Of a DNA stretch of 22,705 nucleotides, positions 1 to 11,008 are shown one piece after another. Below the pieces are notes generated by a model, which did no database searches, was not told the DNA's origin, and worked only from the letters and a program-made list of their open reading frames with translations. The DNA lies in contig NW_021836744.1 of assembly GCF_006345805.1 (NCBI RefSeq), positions 1 through 22,705 of the forward strand, read 5' to 3'. This stretch comes from Octopus sinensis (taxonomy: Eukaryota). A program made the position numbers and the translations under genes. How positions within the stretch are numbered: position 1 is the stretch's first letter; every line of letters starts with the position of its first letter.

Positions 1-72
1 TATTATATATATATATATATATTATATATATATATAGATATATATATATAGATAGATAGATAGATAGGATAG

Positions 73-103
<31 letters not shown>

Positions 104-110
104 GATACAT
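1..110. repeat. (TA)n / (TAGA)n microsatellite
   Basis: Direct reading of tandem TA and TAGA units. Confidence 0.95.
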
Positions 111-230
111 AGACATTTGTGTTGTTGTGTGTAAAACACACTATACATGCACTCGCACATACACATTACGACATCTGTGAGTATAAATGATAATTATATA
201 CAAGTACATTATAATACGCACATATTTACA

Positions 231-283
<53 letters not shown>

Positions 284-324
284 ACACACATATATATATA
301 TGTGGGTGTGTTTGTGTGTATCTA

Positions 325-600
325 TACATAAATGTCATGGCTGATGTTATCAAATACAGCAACATAAGAGTTTTTGCGGATGCCTCTAAACCTTTGAAGG
401 TCATCGACCGGACAGGAAACCAGACTGATCTCCTGTCGGATCTGCTCGCTGTTATCCTATTGGTGGAGGAGAAATACATTATGCACCTAAATGAATATAA
501 ATTCGAATTAATCCGTTTTGGCACAGAGGTTGCACTTAAGCTGCCATATACGATTCCCACGGTCAAAACCTTGTCGCACAAAACACCGTTCGGGACCTCG
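325..600 (+). mobile_element. Degenerate LINE reverse transcriptase fragment (CR1/L2/Jockey-group-like), domain 5 to thumb
   Basis: The 187..624 frame reads YINVMADVIKYSNIRVFADASKPLKV...LSDLLAV...MHLNEYKFELIRFG. This matches the YINDM...FADD...L..DL...N..K pattern of APE-type LINE RTs. The catalytic FADD is mutated to FADA (GCC at 382-384). Confidence 0.7.
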
Positions 601-623
601 GGTTACCTGTCGACAACAACTTA

Positions 624-967
624 AGCTGAAACATGTATATTTATATACATGTTTCTACTATATACAAAAAGGGTGAAATATAATTAATTTAATAAAATTA
701 ATAAATTTCACCTAGTAGTTTTATCGGTATGGAAAAGACCATATTTGGTAAGGATTATACTAATTATAATAAAGGGTTAATTGCAACAAGTTGCTCAAAA
801 CCACATACCGAAAGTATTAGAAATGGCTACCTGTGATTTCGTTATTTTCTTTCTCTTTGCCATATAAGGGGTTGCAAATTCTGTTTGTTTGTGGAGACTT
901 TTTTACTAGTAGGAGAAATGGTGACCTATTTGGCTGCCATTTCTAATATTTTCGGCATGTTTCAACT
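624..967. repeat. Unclassified hairpin-rich interspersed element with short TIR-like ends
   Basis: Ends are AGCTGAAACATG (624-635) and CATGTTTCAACT (956-967), 11/12 complementary. Internal inverted repeats lie at 628-639/644-655, 672-679/705-712 and 804-827/936-959. No clear TSD. Confidence 0.4.
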
Positions 968-1058
968 ATATATATATATGTATGTGTGTATGTATGTATG
1001 TATGTATGTATGTATGTATGTATGTATGTATGTATGTATGTATGTATGTATGTATGTA

Positions 1059-1129
<71 letters not shown>

Positions 1130-1145
1130 GTGTGTGTGTGTCTGT
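968..1145. repeat. (TATG)n followed by (TG)n microsatellite
   Basis: Direct reading. Confidence 0.95.
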
Positions 1146-1254
1146 GTGTTCATAATGGGAAAAGTCCAAAGACGGATAAGAAATCACCAACGGGACGTAG
1201 CTACACGTGTGCTGTTGGCGATTTCTTCCTGGTTTTTGTTGTACCTGTATTTCA

Positions 1255-1425
1255 CAGGGTTCAGTCTTGTCACACTCTGTGTCACGCTGAATCTCCCCCG
1301 AGAACTACATTAAGGGTGCACGTGTCTGCGGAGTGCTCAGCCACTTGCACGTTAATTTCACGAGCAGGCTGTTCCGTTGATCGGATCAACTGGAACCCTC
1401 GTCGTCGCAACCGACGGAGTGCCAC
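1255..1425 (+). mobile_element. Probable SINE-like repeat body, family not assigned
   Basis: A GC-balanced block (gtcttgtcacactctgtgtcacgctgaatctcc...cacttgcacgttaatttcacgagcaggctgttcc...gacggagtgcca) resembles a common octopus interspersed repeat from memory. It has no second copy in the window. Confidence 0.3.
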
Positions 1426-1532
1426 ATCGTATTTAAAAAAAAAGGTTTGCTTCGGCTCCACATTACTGGAAATCCTGCTGGCGTTGGAGCCCGTCCTCTT
1501 CGTCAGATGTTCGGGAGCAGAATGGAGACATT

Positions 1533-1997
<465 letters not shown>

Positions 1998-2339
1998 AAA
2001 GAAATTCAAAAGCAACTTTTAGGGGTTTTAGGACTCTATCTCTCAGCTCAAGTTAGTTAGACTCCTCTAAACCCTCAGCAGCTATCCGACGAGGTCGACG
2101 TGTCCTACATCTCACCGCTTGACCGCCGGTGCTCCGTAAGCATGTCCAATTCTTCTGCTTGCAGGCAATTGAGTCTGGACACCGATGAGAAGATACAATC
2201 TTCTCATCCTCCCTCTTGTGTTACATCATCTCCACAGATACCACCTGATCAGCGTTATAAACATTATCATTGATTAAGAGTCTCAGAACTACAATGAATA
2301 AATATTTACAGTCTGCTTGCGTATTTACAGCCTTTATCT

Positions 2340-3560
2340 CTAGCTCCTAAACTCACGTACACATACACGCGCGTATACGCACACACACATTCACACGCAC
2401 ACACACGCACACGGTTCTCTCTCGCACATACTCCCAGGTACACGTATGTCCGGTGGGCGACTCGGATTCATTGATCTTATGGGCAAACAGCTAAACTAAA
2501 TTACATTAGACAACTGTAAACAGTTCAGAAGGAAAATCGAGATCTTGCTACAGACAGGTGAACACATGTGACTGTGATACTACACACGCACACACACACA
2601 CACACATACACATACGCATACATATACACACATATACACGCACACACACATACACATACGCATACATATACAAACACACGCACATACACATACGCATACG
2701 TATACACACAGGTACACAGACACACACACACGCATACACAGATACACATACACACGCACAGACACGCAGGCATACACAGACACATACGCATACATATACA
2801 CACACACGCATACACACACATACACATACGAATACATATACACACAGGTACACAGACACACACACACGCATACACAGATACACATACACACACACATACA
2901 CACACACGCACATACACATACACATACGCATACATATACACACACACGCATACACACACATACACATACATATACATATACACACAGATACACAGACACA
3001 CACACACACGCATACACAGATACACATACACACGCACAGACACGCAGGCATACACATACACATACGCATACATATACACACACACGCATACACACACATA
3101 CACATACATATACACACAGATACACAGACACACACACACACGCATACACAGATACACATACACACGCACAGACACGCAGGCACACAGAGACAGAGACACA
3201 CATAGACAGAGACACACACACACAGACATAAACACTCACACACACACACACACACGCATGCACACACACGCACACACACAAATACACAGACACACACACA
3301 GATACACAGACACTCGCACAGACACGTAGGCACACACAGACAGAAAGAGACACACACACACACAGACATAGACAGTCACACACACACACACACACGCATG
3401 GACACACGCGATACACACACATACGCAGACACACAGGCACACACAGACAAACACACTCACAGACAAACACACTCACACACAAACACAGACAGACTGAAAA
3501 ACACGAAGACATGCACATCCACACACACAGACGCAGACATACGCACGCACACACAAAAAA
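2340..3560. repeat. CA-rich compound microsatellite with higher-order reiteration
   Basis: The block acacacgcatacacagatacacatacacacgcacagacacgcagg recurs near 2725, 3003 and 3135. Confidence 0.9.
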
Positions 3561-3584
3561 CACATATATATACGTACGCCCATT

Positions 3585-4444
3585 ATATATACGTACGCCC
3601 ATTTTGTGTCCATGTAGCTTTAAGGCCTACATTTTATAGTTTGGTTTCTGTGTAGATTTACAACCATGTTTATTTTATACCAAAACAAGCTTGTTTATAT
3701 GTAAATGTATTCATTTGTGTCTTTCGATTTATAGATTCCAATATGAATTTATGCATGTAATATACGTTTCCGTATGTCCTTGCATATATATGCATATGTA
3801 TAATCTCGTTGTGTTCGAAAGAGTATAGATAAATACATATTATATACACGAGTTTTATATCATATATGTTATATATGGAGGAATTCAAATCACGTTTCGT
3901 CGTTCGCTATCTCAACAGCTCCTTTATAAAATGGGTAAAGACATTTTCAGGAAGAACCACGTCCGGTTTCGGCCCCTACTCCTCTACCATTTTCGACGTG
4001 GCGCCCCCGCCCTTTCGTAGGTGTCTTTAGCCCTGATGTTGAGAGCGTTTTTTCCTTTCTAGCTTTTTTCTTTTGTTCTTTGGTTTCTTCGATGCAGCAC
4101 CAACAAAGGTGTGCGGGCGAATCCTGTCAAAAATCCCTTCAAATACTCGCCGATAGGCTCCAGCAGCCAGTACCAGCTAACTGTCATGTGACACTGTTTA
4201 AGCTTCAACTGACCAATGGAGGGGAAGAGCGCGTAGTTTTGGCCCGCGCCCTCTCTAAACCTGCTTTCCTACAGTGTCGCGCTTGTTTCAGTCCCAGCAG
4301 CCAGAACCGACCAACTGTTTGGAGGTACAAGCGTTCGAACCAGGAGGAGGGCGCGCGTATATTAATATAACTTTTGACTTTTATTTGTTTCAATTACTCG
4401 ACTTCGGTCATGCTGGAGCAACGCTTTGAAGAAATTTTAGTTGA
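3585..4444. repeat. Left arm of inverted duplication (3585-3878 plus 4356-4444)
   Basis: 3585-3878 is reverse-complementary to 5232-5558. 4356-4444 is reverse-complementary to 5143-5231 (82/89 by manual alignment). Confidence 0.85.
3880..4355. promoter_or_regulatory. CpG-rich segment with promoter-type motifs (candidate only)
   Basis: High CpG relative to the flanks. Motifs: CCCCGCCC (4005-4012), GTCATGTGAC M-box/CLEAR-like E-box (4183-4192) and GACCAATGG NF-Y-type CCAAT (4211-4219). No linked exon found. Confidence 0.3.
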
Positions 4445-4547
4445 ATGAGTCTGTAAGACATTACCAAGATTCTCCACGTGAGATTCTTATGTGATCAGAT
4501 GTACACGGTTGGGTGTATGAATCGAAAGTACAATCGACACACCAAAT

Positions 4548-5124
4548 CCTTCATTGGAATTCCAACATCAACAACAGGCTATTTTGTAAGTATGTATGTG
4601 TGCAGATTTGTATGTTTTATGTATATATTCTCATGCATATAGCCACATATCTAGACATGCTCAAATATATTTAAATGATAGACTTCTGGAAAGCTTTACA
4701 GATTTTTACAGTTCCAGTGATGGATTGGATCTGTAGTCTTCGAATTAGCTTTCTCCTTTCTGGTTTTGAGAAGCCTAATTTCTCAAGATTGGTATTTAGG
4801 CAGTGTTCCATATCCCAGGGCCACAATAGTTACAAGTATAAACCTGAGCCTGTAATCTGGATAGAGTAACTGCAGATTTCCCAATAGTTCAGCATAGGTG
4901 TTCTCTTTTTCACTGATCTTCAGCTTCATGTTAACATCTGCTGGGCAGCTAATTTCCACAACTGTGCACAGTCTCTCTTCTCTATCCCAAATCATTATAT
5001 CGGGTCTGTTGTGCTTACATTTTATTGAGGTCTTCACTGGTACATTCCACCAGTATCCTTTTTTATTGTGAGTGGCTATGGCTTCTACCATATTGTGGGT
5101 TTTTATTTCTTTGTCCTCGGGATA
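4548..5124 (-). mobile_element. R4/Dong-like non-LTR retrotransposon 3' fragment encoding a restriction-like endonuclease (frameshifted)
   Basis: ORF 4783..5091 has KHNRPDIMIWD...VVEISCPADVN...EKENTY (PD-(D/E)xK RLE motif). After a frameshift near 4810 it continues HCLNTNLEKLG...RRLQIQSITGTVKICKAFQKSII* (stop 4671-4673), followed by a probable 3' UTR. Confidence 0.85.
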
Positions 5125-5142
5125 TGTATGTATGTATTAGTG

Positions 5143-5298
5143 TCAACTAAAACTTCTTCAAGGCGTTGCTCCAGCATGGCCGCAGTCTAGTAATTGGAAC
5201 AAATAAAAGTTAAAAGTTATATTAATATACGTAATATATGGCATATATTATATGATATAAAATTTTGTATATAATAGGCATTTATCTAGACTCTTTCG

Positions 5299-5340
<42 letters not shown>

Positions 5341-5558
5341 ACAATACATATGCATATATATGCAAAGACATAATGAAACGAATATTACATACATAAATTC
5401 ATATTGGAATCTACAAATCGACGGAAATAAATGAATACATTTACATATAAACAAGCTTGTTTTGGTATAAAATTAAACACGATTGTAAATCTACACAGAA
5501 ATCAAACTATACAGTAGAAGACTCATAGCTACATGGACACAAAATGGATGAACATATA
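5143..5558. repeat. Right arm of inverted duplication
   Basis: Contiguous reverse-complement copy of 4356-4444 joined to 3585-3878. It lacks the 3880-4355 segment and has an expanded (CA)n. Confidence 0.85.
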
Positions 5559-5559
5559 A

Positions 5560-5962
5560 GGCGGCGAGCTGACAGAAACGTTATGATGCCGGGCGAAATG
5601 CTTAGCGGTATTTTCCGTCTATCTTTACGTTCTTGGTTGAAATTCCGCCGAGGTTGACTTTGCCTTTCAGCCTTTCGGGGTCGATAAATTAACTACCAGT
5701 TACGCACTGGGGTCGATATAATCAACTTAATCCGTTTGTCTGTCCTTGATTGCCCCTTCTGTGTTTAGCCCCTTGTGGGTAGTAAAGAAATAGAAATAGG
5801 TATTTTGTCTGTCTTTACGTTCTTGGTTGAAATTCCGTCGAGGACGACTTTGCTTTTCAGCCTTTCGGGGTCGATAAATTAAGTACCAGTTGCGTACGGA
5901 ACTGGATCTAATTGCCTAGCGCCCCTCCCCCCAAAATTTCGGGCCTTGTGCCTAGAGTAGAT
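5560..5962 (+). mobile_element. tRNA-derived SINE, family B, dimeric copy
   Basis: Head ggcggcgagctgacagaaacgtt with a degenerate B-box. A second unit restarts at GGTATTT (5799). Probable 18-bp TSD AAAATGGATG(A/T)AC(A/G)TATA at 5541-5558 and 5964-5981. Confidence 0.85.
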
Positions 5963-5977
5963 AAAAATGGATGTACG

Positions 5978-6012
<35 letters not shown>

Positions 6013-6123
6013 CGTGGTTGTGTGTGTCCCTGAGCGTGTATGTGCGTATATATACATACATACACACACACGTACACAATGTATATATAGTATTTGTATA
6101 TATATATATATATATACATATAT

Positions 6124-6178
<55 letters not shown>

Positions 6179-6756
6179 TATACATAAACATTTACGTATA
6201 GATTCGTGTACTAGGCTATATTTATATACGTGCTCTCCATGTTTATACACATTCCTTGCGGGCATTTTTGTATATGTATATAAGTGTATATATATATGTA
6301 TGTAAATATTCATGTGCCTACGTCTCTGTGTGCGTTGCGCGGCGTGTATGTACGTGTGTATATGTGTATTTCTGCGTCTATGTGAGTGATTGAAGTAACT
6401 CTTTGCAATCATTTGCCGGTTTCAATTAAAGTAATTCAACTCTGCTCTCCATTGATTCGAAATCAATTGTTAATCCTGCATCAAGCCGCCATCTTCTTCC
6501 CGCCACCACCTTCACCACCACCATCGCCTGCATTCTTACTGTTTCCTATTAAGCCATCATCGCCCAGCCTCTTCGCCGCCATTTAACCTTTCTTCATTTC
6601 TCTCTCTTTATTTCTTTCCTCCACCCTCCACCCACCACCCTCCAACCCCCAACCGCCCTCTGTCTCAAAACTTTAATAAAGTTTTTTTTTCTGTGAAGGT
6701 TTTCAATTAATCACACAGAAATAGAACATAAGTTTACCTAGGTATCTCTATGTATA

Positions 6757-7155
6757 GGCGTAGGAGTGGCTGTGTGGTAAATAGCTTGCTTACCAACCAC
6801 ATGGTTCCGGGTTCAGTCCCACTGCGTGGCACCTTGGGCAAGTGGCAAGTGTCTTCTACTATATCATCGGGCTGACCAAAGCCTTGTGAGTGGATTTGGT
6901 AGACGGAAACTGAAAGAAGCCCGTCGTATATATGTATATATATGTATATATATGCATGTGTATGTGTATATGTTTGTGTTTGCCCCCCTCCCAACCGATG
7001 CTGGTGTGCTTCCATCCCCGTAACTTAGCGGTTCGGCAAAAGAGACCAATAGAATAAGTACTAGGCTTACAAAGAATAAGTCCTGGCATCGATTTGTTCG
7101 ACTAAAGGTGGTGCTCCAGCATGGCCACAGTCAAATGACTGAAACAAGTAAAAGA
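6757..7155 (+). mobile_element. tRNA-derived SINE, family A, full length
   Basis: A-box-like tggctgtgtggtaa, B-box-like ggttcagtccc, internal TA/TG tract and tail ending gactgaaacaagtaaaaga. Several homologues in the window. Confidence 0.9.
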
Positions 7156-7199
7156 ATATATGTGTCCGCATAAACTGTCTCTGTATTCTTTTATTTTTA

Positions 7200-7404
7200 T
7201 ATTCTTTCACTTGTTTCAGTCATTTGACTGCGGCCATGCTGGAGCAGATCAACTCCAGCACCTATTCTTTGTGTGCCTAGGACTTATTCTATCGGTCTCC
7301 TTTACCCAACCGCTAAGTTACAAGGACGTAAACACACCAGCATCGTTTTTCAAGCGATGGTGAGTGAGGACAAACAGACATAAATAACAAAATACACACA
7401 CACA

Positions 7405-7468
<64 letters not shown>

Positions 7469-7586
7469 TACATACATACATATATACATACATACGACTA
7501 GCTTCTTTCAGTTTCTGTCTGCCAAATCCACTCACAAGGCTTTGGCTGGCCCGAAGGTGCCACGCAGTAGGACTGAACCCGGAACC
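7200..7586 (-). mobile_element. tRNA-derived SINE, family A, with internal deletions
   Basis: Reverse-complement homology to 6757-7155. Confidence 0.85.
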
Positions 7587-7587
7587 A

Positions 7588-7793
7588 GAGGTCGAATCAG
7601 CTCTCAAAGATTTCTTAACATCAAAGCCAACAAGTTTTTATCAACGAGGCATAAATAATCTCGTTGATGTATGACAGGAAGGCATAGGTGTTCACGGCTC
7701 ATACTTCGACTAATCAAAACATTTTCATTGTTAATTTCTCCAGGATAAAATTACGTTTCTGAAATCAGCCATTATCTTCGGAACCACCTAATA
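7588..7793 (+). mobile_element. Mariner transposase C-terminal relic with 3' TIR and TA
   Basis: 7588-7713 translates EVESALKDFLTSKPTSFYQRGINNLVDV*QEGIGVHGSYFD*, matching the mariner C-terminus (FY..GI..L..RWQ.C....G.YFD*). It ends in ...ttcggaaccacctaa-TA, a mariner-like TIR end. Confidence 0.8.
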
Positions 7794-8403
7794 TTTACGA
7801 ACAAGAATTCTAACATTCTCTTAGGATCACTATTCTATTTCCCTTATTTTATTTCAAGATATAGTCTGATACGTGAATATAGGAAATAAAAGGCAAATGA
7901 AAAAATCTATTGATATCACACAGAGTCACATATTGCTTGAAGTAAATTGTGACATCGTTACTGAATACATTTACAGAAAGATAATTTGGATTGTTCGAGA
8001 ATAATTATCCCTGTCACACGTCGTTTTCTTCTCCCTTTTCTTTACACTTGTCTTAATGTATTCTGATTGAAAGACGGTAGACCCTCTGACCTTGTTAATA
8101 TACGCCTTGTAGCAATCGTGCTTTACTTTCACTATCCTTAAGATGTACGATGAGTGGAAAACGAAATGTTGAGAGTAGAGATATATTTATGTATATTTAT
8201 ATCTGTAATTTACGTCTTTTTTTTAAAAAAAAAGAAAAAGAAACATGGCGCCCCAAGCTGTATTTCCCCGTGCGCACTTCGTGCAAAAAGAGAAAAGATG
8301 AAAATAGATAAAAAAAAAAGAAGAAAAAAACTGACGGAGAAAATCAAAAATACAAAAAGGACACAAAGAAATAAAATATAAAAAAAAGACGCAATTAGGC
8401 TCA

Positions 8404-8590
8404 GGCGGGGCTGTGTGGCTAAAGGGATTTGCAACATCGTGGTTCCGGGTTCCATCTCACTGCACGGCATCTTGAGTAAGCATTTTCTGCTATTGCCCCC
8501 GGAGATTACCAATGTCTTGTGAGAGAATTTGTTCGCTTACGAAAAGTGTGTAGAAGCTCGACATGTATGTATATGTGAGTATATATATAT
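8404..8590 (+). mobile_element. Degenerate family A-like SINE 5' half
   Basis: ggctgtgtgg...gtggttccgggttccatctcactgc head similar to 6757-6950. Confidence 0.6.
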
Positions 8591-8688
8591 AATACAAAAT
8601 AAGAAAATGGAGGAATACACCTTAATCAATAATCAACTACCAGATAATACCCATTCACATAATTTATTAACCAACTACATATGAACAC
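8591..8688 (-). mobile_element. 3'-terminal fragment of HHR repeat family 2
   Basis: Near-identical to 11641-11737 and reverse-complementary to ~21700-21796. Confidence 0.75.
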
Positions 8689-8845
8689 TACATATGCCCC
8701 CGGAGATTACCAATGTCTTGTGCGAGAATTTGTTCGCTTACGAAAAGTGTGTAGAAGCTCGACGTGTATGTATATGTGAGTATATATATTATATATATAT
8801 ATATATATCTATATATATTTATATACTCCTATATATTATATATAT

Positions 8846-9520
8846 AATAAATATTAGGGAATAAATCCAAATTTCCAGGAAAAAATCAGATTTAGGATTA
8901 AATCCAATTTTATAGTAAAATATTATAAAATATTATTAGAGACAAAACCACTATTTTGCAAAACAAACAAGGAAGACTTATCAATACATAAAATTTTAAT
9001 AAATAGTCAAAAAAAACCGCCACTACAATTGTTTCTTGTCTGATCGACAATCTTCAGGTGGACTTCCGATCTAAAATATCAATATTTTAAAATATAAAAA
9101 TAATAATTTTTAAAATAATTAAAGTATGAATGAAAAAATGTAAATATATAATCCATATATAACCTATAATAATCCATATAATCAATATATAAACAATATA
9201 TAAACTAAAATAAACCTATCAACAATTAAATATAAAATATAAATATAAAATATAACAATAAAACAACAAAAAAATAATAATAATATAATAATAAACTATA
9301 TATACACCCATACACATATACCTAATTATATATAACCATATCTAACTACATACACTAATCACACACCTATATATTATCCCTATACATACACATAAAAACG
9401 TCTAGGCAACTATAAATAAATAAAATAGCTAAATACTTCAACACAATACTTATTCATACTCCACACACACCACACATACAACCCACATTCACGCTCTAGA
9501 AACGGACATCACTTAAATTA
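8846..9520 (-). mobile_element. HHR repeat family 1 (Penelope-like terminal repeat), left inverted arm
   Basis: 8926-9520 is reverse-complementary to 10975-11585. It contains an HHR and its 3' end abuts (TA)n. The Penelope-like assignment is inferred from the HHR type. Confidence 0.7.
9020..9061 (-). ncRNA. Minimal type I hammerhead ribozyme, family 1
   Basis: Minus strand reads CCAC-CUGAAGA-UUGUC-gauca-GACAA-GAAA-CAAUUG-UA-GUGG: stem I CCAC/GUGG, intact core, 5-bp stem II, palindromic stem III and a GUA cleavage triplet (predicted cut between 9024 and 9023). Confidence 0.85.
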
Positions 9521-9959
9521 AATGACGTTTACTTTCCATGGCGCGTATTCTTTTTTTACATAAGTTATATTTCTATGGTAACGTAATTTTGGTTTGATTT
9601 TTTTAACGGCTAAGAATTTAATTTCACTGTCTTCATTTGAAACTGACTTGTAGTATGTATTTTATTTCTCCTTATGTCATATTGTTATTTTTGATATTCT
9701 GGTTAATTACGATGTATTAATGTTGTTTTTTATTGGAGTGTTTATGTATATGAGATGTGTGGGAGTTTTAGTTGTATAATTTATTTATCTGTATGAGTGT
9801 GGGTGTGTAAATATTGTTGTATATATCGAGTTTAGTGAGTATGTATATGCGTATATGTGAGGGAGTATATGTATCTGTTGTGTGTGGTGTGTTTTGCGTG
9901 TGTGTGTGTTTGTGTGTGAATGTGTATATGGGTTTGTTATTTAGGTTTTGGGATGTATG

Positions 9960-11008
9960 TGTTAATTTGTCTGTGTGGGGAGGAGTGGGTTTTTGGTGTA
10001 TATTGAGGTTTATAAGTTAGTATAGGTATGTGTATAAGTCGTGGGTCTGTGGTTTACGTGTGTGTTTTTTGTGTGTGAATGTTTAGGTTAGGGGGATTGC
10101 TATATAGGTTTGTTATAGAGTTTAGCAAGGGAGATTTTATCGTTATGTTTTTAAGAGTTTTGGTTTATCATGGTTTTTTTAGGGAATTCGGTGGTAATTT
10201 GTCTATTTTCGAGTGGTGTTCGTTTTGCCACGTGAATATTATTTTAATTCCATTTATTCCATTTCTCCATTCATTATTTAAAAGATGTTCGTTTCCAGAG
10301 CGGTTATACTTTTTATACCTATGTTAAGTTCCTTGGTAAAGTAATTTTTTTTGTATATGTTGAGGCGTATATGTACTTGTGGGTGTGTGATTGGGGTGGG
10401 TGTTTGTATTTGTTATGGGTGTGTGGTTTACGTGTGTGTATTTGTGTGTGAATGTATAGGTTAAAGGATTCTATATAGTATGTTATAGTGTTTAGTAAAG
10501 GGAGGTTTTATCATTTATGTTTTGTGAGTTTTAGCTTATCATGTAGTTTTATAAAAGAATCCATTCATAATTTTTGTGTTTATTTGTCTGTGTGGGGTTG
10601 AGTGGGTTTTTGGAGTATATGTTGAGGTTTATATGTATGTATAGGTATATGTATGTATAGGTATGTGTAAGTGGTGTGGGTATTTGTATATGTCGTGGGT
10701 GTGTGGTTTAAGTGTGTGTATTTGTGTGTGAATGTTTAGGTTAGGGGGATTGCTATATAGGTATGTTATAGAGTTTAGTAAAGGGAGATTTTATCATTAT
10801 ATGTTTTTATGAGTTTTGGTTTATCATGGTAGGTTTGTTAAGGAATTCGTAGTAATTTGTGTCTATTTGCGATGTCTGTTGTTTTATTGCATTGTTTCAT
10901 CTCATAATTTTTAAGTAGTGTTAGTTTTACCAAGTGAATATAATTTTTAATTCCATTTATTCCATTTCTCCGTTCATAATTTTAAGTGATGTCCGTTTTC
11001 TAGAGCGT
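9960..11008 (+). repeat. Degenerate GT-rich tandem duplication inside the family 1 structure
   Basis: ~9963-10297 resembles ~10580-11008 (e.g. gtgtgtgaatgtttaggttagggggattgctatatagg and ttccatttattccatttctcc occur twice). A third partial copy lies at ~10405-10560. Confidence 0.7.

Noticed and set aside
1450-1506. Minus-strand CUGACGA...GGCUCCA/UGGAGCC-GAAG resembling a hammerhead
   Set aside because: Eight extra nt separate the core from the stem, GAAG replaces GAAA, and there is no stem I, stem III or cleavage triplet. At most a decayed relic.
4905-4923. Minus-strand CTGAAGA-tcagt-GAAA
   Set aside because: It lies in LINE coding sequence (LKISEK) and has no helices, so it is a chance match.
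10640-10975. Nearly open minus-strand frame (NYERRNGINGIKNYIHLVKL...YHDKPKLIK...) inside the family 1 core
   Set aside because: It has an internal stop and no RT or GIY-YIG motif. The A/C-rich strand is naturally stop-poor.
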